From: an uncultured Chloroflexia bacterium
GTDB taxonomy: Bacteria > Chloroflexota > Limnocylindria > Limnocylindrales > CSP1-4
Assembly: GCA_963752475.1 (NCBI GenBank)
Contig: CAVVYR010000016.1
Coordinates: forward strand, 1 to 14,548
Length of the DNA: 14,548 nt
Direction: 5' to 3'
A model generated the notes under the pieces. It was given only the letters and a program-made list of their open reading frames with translations, had not been told where the DNA came from and ran no database searches. Positions 8,460-14,548 of this stretch are shown here, one piece after another. Each line of letters starts with the position of its first letter. The first letter of the stretch is position 1. Position numbers and translations under genes: made by a program.

Positions 8460-10297
8460 TCATCGGCCGATCCCCTGCTGCTCCATGAACTCGTCGGAGT
8501 AGAGCCCGTCGTAGAGCGTGTCGAGCTCCGGTTGTGGTGCGGCCTTGGCGAAGGCGATGGCGTCCTCGACGCGCGCCGCGGCGGTCTCATCGGCTTCGTC
8601 GAGCCAGCCTTCGTCCGCTGCCCGGACTCCAGCAGGAACCCACCCAGGCGGTCGATGGGGTCGAACTGCTGCCAGCGCTCGTTGCACTCGAGGTCGCGGT
8701 AGGCCTCGTCATCGGCCACGAAGTGCCCGATGTAGCGGTAGAAGCGGGCCTCGATGAGCGTGGGACCGCCGCCGGCGCGTGCACGCTCGGCGGCCTCTGC
8801 CACCGCGTCGTGGACGGCGATGGCGTTGAAGCCGTCGACGGTCACGCCGGGGATGCCGTAGCCCACGGCGCGGTCGGCCACCGAGGGGTTGCCGACGGCC
8901 TGCTCGTAGGGCATGGAGATGGCCCACTGGTTGTTCTCGCAGAGGAAGATGACCGGTAGCTCCCAGGCTGCGGCGAGGTTGATCGACTCGTGCCACACAC
9001 CCTGGTTGGTGGCGCCGTCGCCGTGGAAGCAGACGGTCACGAAGTCCTGGCCCAGGGTCTTGGCCGTGAGCGCTGAACCGACCGCGATGGGCATGGCCGA
9101 GCCCACGATGCCGGTGGCGCCGAGCATGCCCATGTCGACCGCGGCGATGTGCATGGAGCCGCCCTTGCCCTTGTTGTAGCCGGGTGCGCGGCCCATGAGC
9201 TCGGCCATCATGCGCCGCGGGTCGCCGCCCTTGGCGATGGTGTGGCCGTGGCCACGGTGGGTGCTGGTGATGTAGTCGCCGTCGCGCAGCGCCGTGCAGG
9301 CCCCCACGGCGATGGCCTCGGCGCAGACGTAGGAGTGGGCCAGGCCGTAGATGAAGTCCTGCTTCCACAGCTCCTTGACCGCGCTATCGAACTCGCGGAT
9401 GAGGCGCATGCGCCCGTACATCTTGAGCACGTCGGCCGGGAGCGCCTCCGAGATGACCAGCGGCGTGAGCGTGTCGCGCTCGAAGGCAGCGACCGCGTCG
9501 CGTTCTCCTCGACCGTGATGCGGTGCCGCGTCTGATGCCCGCAGTTCGATGACCTGGCCCGGCTCGGGCGCGACCACGGTCGGCTGCCATTCACCGGCCG
9601 CCGTGTGCGCCTCCATCAGCTTGAGGAAGGCCTGCACGTCGGGATGGCTGGGCCACTGGTAGTGACTGGCGATGACGTGCTTCAGCCCCAGCCACTGGCT
9701 GGCCATGACCGCCTCTTGCACGTTGACCTCGCCGCCACGGTAGACCTCGAAGTGGGGCAGCGAGTCTTCCGGCAGGGCCACGACCATGAGCCCGTGCGTG
9801 GGCCGGTACAGCTCCCCGAATAGGCGGAAGTCGTAGGAGATCGCCGAGTCGCCCTGGTGGTAGAGGCGCACGCCGGGTCCGGCGTCGACGACGAAGCCCA
9901 TGGCCGGGCCACTGAGCAGCTCGCCGCCGGGCGTGACCGAGAAGGACCAGTGGTGGCTCTCGACGGGGTGGACCGGCACGCCTGCGACGGTCATGGGGAT
10001 GCCCCAGATGGTGACGCGGATCTGGTCGGGGTCGACGCCGCGGACGGTGGTCAGGTTGTGGGCCACGTCCTTGGCGCAGATGACCGGGCACTTGTCGCGC
10101 TTGAGGATCTCGGCGGCTTCGCCCTGGTGGTCGTAGGCGGCATGGGTGACCAGCACCAGGTCGACCTTTTCGAGGTCGTGCCAGGAGAGGGGACAGGCGG
10201 GATTCGAGTCCATGTACGGGTCCATCACGACCCGCGTCCCAGCCTCGGTCACGAGCTCGTAGCCCGCGGTGCCGAAGAACCGAAGTGTCGCCGTCAT
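8460..10297 (-). CDS. Fusion of an MBL-fold metal-dependent hydrolase (UPF0173/UlaG-like, about 255 aa) and an E1 alpha subunit (AcoA/PdhA family); one frameshift near 8622
   Basis: ATG 10297 with SD AAGGAG. Hydrolase motifs LRFFGTAG, VVMDPY, THAAYDH, YHQGDS and IASHY. E1-alpha motifs STHRGHGH, GKGGSMH, GDGA...ENN and YRYIGH. Restoring one G in the run at 8621-8623 gives a typical alpha C-terminus (...VEDAIAFAKAAPQPELDTLYDGLY...*) ending at 8460. Confidence 0.8.
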
Positions 10298-10365
10298 GAG
10301 CCGCTCCTTGCTGTCCTCGGGCGCCAGGCCTGCTCGCGTCCGCTGCGCCGATCGTCGGGCTGTTC

Positions 10366-10380
10366 GATTGTAGTACAATC
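10366..10380. promoter_or_regulatory. Predicted GntR/FadR-type operator overlapping back-to-back -10-like hexamers
   Basis: Perfect inverted repeat GATTGTA-G-TACAATC, an AT-rich island in the divergent intergenic region. The core TTGTAGTACAA fits the FadR-subfamily pattern t.GTa.tAC.a. TACAAT reads on both strands. Confidence 0.8.
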
Positions 10381-10420
10381 CTACGACGCAAGTCCAGCAT
10401 CGAGGACCGACAGCGGATCG

Positions 10421-11129
10421 ATGAGCATGGAACAGGCGACGCTCGACCGGCCACCCAGCCTCACCGACGCGGTCGTGGCCCACATCCGCGACGGCATCAT
10501 CCGCGGGGCCTACACGCCCGGCCAGCCGCTGACCGAGGCCCAGCTGTCAGACGAGCTGGGGACATCGCGCGGTACGGTTAGGGAGGCGCTGCGGGTGCTG
10601 GCCGGCCTGGGTCTGGTCGAGCGCTCGGCGCATCGCGGCGCGGCGGTCTCGCGGCTCACGGCCAAGCGGGCCGAGGAGATCTACACGCTGCGCGCGTCGC
10701 TGGAGTCGTTGGCGGCGCAGCTGGCCGTGGAGCGCGGGCATCTCGACGAGGCCGCGCTGGCGTTGCTTGCGACCCACGTGGACGCCATCGAGCATGCTGC
10801 CCGGCGCGATCGACCTGCAGGGCATGGTGCACGCGGACATCGACTTCCACCGAGCCCTCTCGGCCTACTCGGGCCACGACCTGCTGATGGAGCACCTCGA
10901 CGCCATCCAGGTGCACAGCCGTCGGCTGCTCTTCTACAGCGACCTCTACCAGCCCGAGCCGGAGCTGGTCGTGCGTCGCCACCGCGAGCTCCTGCGGGTG
11001 TTGCGCTCCGGCGACGCGTACGCGGTGGCCAGCGCCATCGACGAGCACATCAGCGGTCCGGGCCGGGACATCGTGGAGAAGATGCTCGCGCGCGAGCAGG
11101 ACGGGGAGGGGACCGATGAAGACGCGTGA
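10421..11129 (+). CDS. GntR-family (FadR/FCD) transcriptional regulator; one frameshift near 10805-10811
   Basis: wHTH IRDGIIRGAYTPGQPLTEAQLSDELGTSRGTVREAL and EIYTLRASLE. After removing one base the frame continues with the FCD signature DIDFHRAL...SGH...H..LL..LRSGD...HI, which is the ORF-track 10767-11129 frame. Confidence 0.9.
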
Positions 11130-11901
11130 CCTGAGTGGGCTGTTCTCGCTGGCCGGCAGGAGCGCCATCGTCACCGGCGGTGGCTCGGGCCTGGGCCTGG
11201 CCATGGCCGAGGCCTTCGCCCAGTACGGCGCGGCCGTGGCGGTCGTCGACCTCGACGAGGCCGCCGCGAGCGAGGTGGCGCGTGACATCGAGGCTGCCGG
11301 CGGACGAGCCGTCGCGATCGGCTGTGATGTGGCCGACCAGGCGCAGGTGGAGTCGGCCGTGGCCGCGGCGCGGAGGACCTCGGGCGACATCCACGTGCTC
11401 GCGGCCAACGCCGGGGTCGGCGACCGTGCGCCGGCCGAGGAGATGACCCTCGAGCAGTGGCAGCGCGTGCTCGACATCAACCTCTCCGGCGCCTGGTACT
11501 TCGATCAGGCCGTGGGCCGGCACATGATCGAGCGCGGCATCGCCGGCTCCATCATCAATACCTCTTCGATCACCAGTCTCGTGGGCATCACCACCGGCAA
11601 CGCCAACTACGCCGCTACCAAGGGCGGGCTCAACGCGCTCACGCGCACGCTGGCCATCGAGTGGGCAGGCCATGGCATCCGCGTCAACGCCATCGCCCCC
11701 ACGCACGTCAAGACCGCGCTCATCGAACAGAAGATGGCCGAGGATCCGGCCCTCGCGGACTTCTTCCTGGGCAACATCCCGCTCGGCCGACTGGGTGAGC
11801 CGGAGGACATCGCGGCTGCCGCCATCTACCTCGCCTCTGACGCTGGCGCGCTCGTCACCGGGCATGTGCTGGTCGTCGACGGCGGCCACACCGCGCGATG
11901 A
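11116..11901 (+). CDS. Classical short-chain dehydrogenase/reductase (gluconate 5-dehydrogenase/KduD-like)
   Basis: LFSLAGRSAIVTGGGSGLG, Asp at the end of beta-2 (VVDLD, NAD-type), NAG, catalytic YAATK, IRVNAIAP and VDGG. SD GGGGAGG. Confidence 0.93.
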   Translation: MKTRDLSGLFSLAGRSAIVTGGGSGLGLAMAEAFAQYGAAVAVVDLDEAAASEVARDIEAAGGRAVAIGCDVADQAQVESAVAAARRTSGDIHVLAANAGVGDRAPAEEMTLEQWQRVLDINLSGAWYFDQAVGRHMIERGIAGSIINTSSITSLVGITTGNANYAATKGGLNALTRTLAIEWAGHGIRVNAIAPTHVKTALIEQKMAEDPALADFFLGNIPLGRLGEPEDIAAAAIYLASDAGALVTGHVLVVDGGHTAR

Positions 11902-12936
11902 ACGGCCCCGACATGGTTCGGGCGCTGCACATCACGGGGCCGGACCGCTTCGGCATCGTCGAGAAGGTGCGACCCGAGCCTGGTCCCGGGTGCAGCCTCG
12001 CCGCGCCTGCCTATGTCGGCCTCTGTGGCACCGACCTCGACCTCTTCGATGGCTCCATGCCCTATTTCGCCGAAGGCGTGGCCACGTATCCGCTGCAACC
12101 CGGCCATGAGTGGTCGGGCAGGCTGCTCGAGGCGAACGATGAACTGGCGGCGGGCACGCGCATCATCCTCGACGCGGTCATCGACTGCGGCCGGCCTGAC
12201 TGCGAGCTGTGCACGGCCGGCCTGGTGGTGCGCTGTCAGGAGCGCTTCGAGTTCGGCGTGCGCAAGGGCCTTGACGGCGCCCTGGCCACGGCCGTGTCGG
12301 CACCCGATCGCTACATGCTGCCGGTGCCCCAGGGCGTTCGTCTCCGCGATGCTGCCTTGGTCGAGCCGATGGTGACCACGCTCGAGGGCATCAAGCGGAC
12401 GGCGCCGGTGCCGGGCGAAGAGGTGCTCATCGTGGGCTCGGCCACGCTCGGCCTGGCCGGCGCCATGATCCTCGCCGCACGCGGCATCCGCACACACGTG
12501 CTGCTGCGCAACGAGACGCGCACCGAGACGGTGGAGGCGACCGGGGCCATCCCCTGGCTGTTCGGCACCCGCGCCGCCGTGGAGCGCTTCGACGTGGTGC
12601 TCGAGGCGGCCGGCACGCCGTCGGGGGTGCAGGCGGCCCTGGCACACGCCGCGGCCGGTGCGCGGGTGGCGCTGCTGGGCGTGCCCACGGAACCGGTACC
12701 CATCGACATCGGCAACCTGGTCATCCACGACATCACCGTCCAGGGCGTGCTCAACGGCCCCGGCCAATACCCCCATGGCCTGGCCGCGACTCGCCTCGGG
12801 CGAGGTCAAGCCGGAGCTGCTCATCGACCGGGTCTTCCCCTTCGATGAGATCGAGGCCGCCGTGGCGCGCTCGCGAGAGCCCGGCCGTGCCCGGCCCAAG
12901 GTCCTCGTACAGGTCGACCCCGAGGCGCCCGAGTAG
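11898..12936 (+). CDS. Zn-dependent medium-chain dehydrogenase (sorbitol/threonine dehydrogenase-like); one frameshift at about 12789
   Basis: GLCGTD, GHEWSG, structural Zn cluster CGRPDCELC...C, AALVEP and DVVLEAAG. Removing the extra A at 12789 gives LAALASGEVKPELLIDRVFPFDEIEAA...KVLV, ending TAG 12936. ATGA overlap with the SDR. Confidence 0.88.
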
Positions 12937-12971
12937 CCAGAGCGGACGTCAATCCCAAGGAGGCCATGCAC

Positions 12972-14050
12972 GTGAGCGACCACTACTTCGAGCGGGTCCG
13001 CGCCGAGACCGGCGGCCGTTTCTGGGTCAACAACCCCACGAGCGAGGAGATGGACCTGGCACTGGCCTCCGGGGCCATGGGTTGCACGACCAACCCCGGC
13101 TACGGCGGCAACCTCGTGCAACGGGTACCCGAGGAGGTCCTGCCCGTGGTGCGCGCGTGCCTGGCCGAGTCGGACGACGACGAGGTCGTGGCCGAGCTCG
13201 TGCAGGAGCAGCTCGTCGGGCGCATCTGCGAGCGCTTCGCGCGCCTGTACGAAACGAGCGAAGGCCGGGAGGGCTTCGTCTCCATCCAGGGTGCCCCAGA
13301 GCGAGACACCGAGGCCTCGAACATCATCGAGGCCAGCCGTCGCGCCCGCGCCATCGCGCCCAACGCCACACCCAAGATCCCGGCCACGCTACCGGGGTTC
13401 GAGGCGTTCGAGGAGAACGTGCGGGCCGGTCGGCAGTCCATCGCGACCGAGGTCTTCAGCGTGGCCCAGGTCATCGAGACCTGCGAGCGCTACCTCGCGG
13501 TGACTGCCGAGACCGGGGTACGCCCACCCTTCTTCATGAGCCCCATCACCGGCATCCTCGGCGACCACTTCAAGAAGCTTGCGGCACGTGATGGGCTGGA
13601 CGTGCCCGTCGAAGCCATGGAGGCGGCCGGCGTCATCGTGGCACGGGCCTGCTACGCGGTGGTGCACGAGCGTGAGTACCCCGTGACCCTGCTCTACGGC
13701 GGCGCGCGAACCGAGCTTGATTTCGCCGGCCTCATCGGTGGCGGCATGGCCGCGACCATCAACTGGTCGACCGCCTCCGAGCTCATCGAGCACGACCCGC
13801 CTGCCCGTATGAGCGTCACCGATGCGCCCGATTCCGAGGTCGTGCAGGTGCTGACCGAGGCCTTCGACGAGATGCGTCAGGCCCTCGATCCCGGCGGTCT
13901 GCCGCCGAGGACTTCGAGGAGTTCGGCCCGGTCCTGCACTTCCGCGACGCCTTCATCGATGGCTGGAACGGCGTGCGCGCGATGATCGGTGACGTGCGTG
14001 CCGGGAACCCACGAAGCCGTGCTGACGGCGATGCCGGAGCACGCCGCTGA
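12972..14050 (+). CDS. Transaldolase/FSA-family protein with a divergent active site; one frameshift near 13901-13907
   Basis: GCTTNP, GFVSIQ, Schiff-base KIPAT and TEVFSVAQ. Adding one base near 13902 yields the tail EDFEEFGPVLHFRDAFIDGW...RR*, ending TGA 14048-14050. GTG 12972 is preferred over ATG 12966 because SD AAGGAGG (12957-12963) is 8 nt from the GTG but only 2 nt from the ATG. Confidence 0.82.
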
Positions 14051-14271
14051 TGCTCGAGGGCTTCGCGCCACCGCCGGTCACGCAGCTGCGCATGCGCGAC
14101 CGCGACATGCGGCATCCGCTGATGGTCTCGGAGGACGGGATCGACGTGGTCTCGGAAGCTCCGCCGTCCGAGGCCTTGGCGTCCGGGCACGACATCGAGC
14201 TGGCCGCGGGTGTCGAGTGCATGCGGGTCGAAGAAGCCACACTAGAGACTAGGGAGGTCGAGAGATGGTGA
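14050..14271 (+). CDS. Small hypothetical protein (73 aa) or gene remnant
   Basis: TGATG-coupled to the reconstructed transaldolase stop and overlaps the next start, so it fills the gap exactly. No confidently recognised domain. Confidence 0.35.
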   Translation: MLEGFAPPPVTQLRMRDRDMRHPLMVSEDGIDVVSEAPPSEALASGHDIELAAGVECMRVEEATLETREVERW

Positions 14272-14548
14272 CCGGATGGGAGATCGCAGTCGAAGCTGCC
14301 GACCTGCTCGGCGAGGGCCCCGCTTGGGAGGCATCCCGGGCGTCGCTGCTGTGGACCGACATCGCCGGGCGGCGGATCCACCGGCTCGACCCGGCCAGCG
14401 GTGAGGTCTGGACTCGCGGACTCGACCAGATGGCAGGGGCCGTGTTGCCGCGTGCGCGCGGCGGGTTGGCCCTTTGCCTGCAGGACGGTGTCTACCTCAC
14501 CGACGACGACGAGGGGGAGCCATGCCTGCTCGCGCCGATCGAGCCCGA
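14265..14548 (+). CDS. SMP-30/gluconolactonase/LRE-family lactonase, 3' end cut by the window edge
   Basis: Not in the ORF track; translated by hand: MVTGWEIAVEAADLLGEGPAWEASRASLLWTDIAGRRIHRLDPASGEV..., matching the LGEGPxW...LxWxDI...IHRxDP signature. SD GGAGG at 14253-14257. Confidence 0.9.
   Translation, partial: MVTGWEIAVEAADLLGEGPAWEASRASLLWTDIAGRRIHRLDPASGEVWTRGLDQMAGAVLPRARGGLALCLQDGVYLTDDDEGEPCLLAPIEP

Noticed and set aside
7457-9440. Assigning gene symbols acoA/acoB or pdhA/pdhB
   Set aside because: Family membership is clear, but substrate specificity is not supported, and acoC/acoL or pdhC/pdhD are absent from the window.
7457-10483. 1008-aa triple fusion hydrolase-E1alpha-E1beta
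   Set aside because: The alpha-beta join is low-complexity off-frame sequence (RTKAGSTKPMRPPRR...). The true alpha C-terminus lies in the 8460-8687 frame with its own stop. The first 62 codons cross the promoter region and the regulator start.
9857-11119. 420-aa extended GntR protein
   Set aside because: The N-terminal 188 codons are antisense to the hydrolase, and the C-terminus is off-frame after about 10808.
3251-13907. Programmed ribosomal frameshifting or phase variation as the cause of the split genes
   Set aside because: No slippery heptamers or long homopolymer tracts at the sites, shifts go in both directions, and they affect unrelated gene families.
1-14381. Many long antisense or alternate-frame ORFs (e.g. 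5872-7212 +, 7103-8236 +, 3936-5039 +, 11826-13121 -)
   Set aside because: Shadow ORFs expected from high-GC codon bias. They overlap motif-supported genes and show no recognisable domains.
1-14548. CRISPR arrays, tRNA/rRNA genes, mobile elements
   Set aside because: No spaced direct repeats, RNA gene signatures, transposase or integrase motifs were seen, and intergenic gaps are short.

Overview
High-GC bacterial window, almost entirely coding, holding one divergent sugar/polyol catabolic locus centred on a 123-bp intergenic region (10298-10420) with a FadR/GntR-type operator palindrome. Minus arm, in transcription order: a metallo-beta-lactamase-fold hydrolase fused in frame to a ThDP-dependent E1-alpha, E1-beta, a stand-alone lipoyl domain, a second E1 (alpha-beta fusion), a second stand-alone lipoyl domain, then a ribose-type (CUT2) sugar ABC transporter (ATPase, permease, binding protein, permease). 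Plus arm: GntR/FCD regulator, SDR, Zn-dependent dehydrogenase, a transaldolase-like protein with a divergent active site, a small ORF, and an SMP-30/gluconolactonase cut by the window edge. The most notable point is two E1 + free lipoyl carrier modules with no E2 acyltransferase core or E3 in the window, plus a hydrolase fused to one E1-alpha. This suggests, by inference only, a lipoyl-dependent oxidative sugar-cleavage route. At least six single-base frameshifts break otherwise intact genes and most likely reflect uncorrected sequencing errors, so several ORF-track boundaries, including the 1008-aa ORF, are artefactual. All assignments come from motif recognition by eye; no searches were run.
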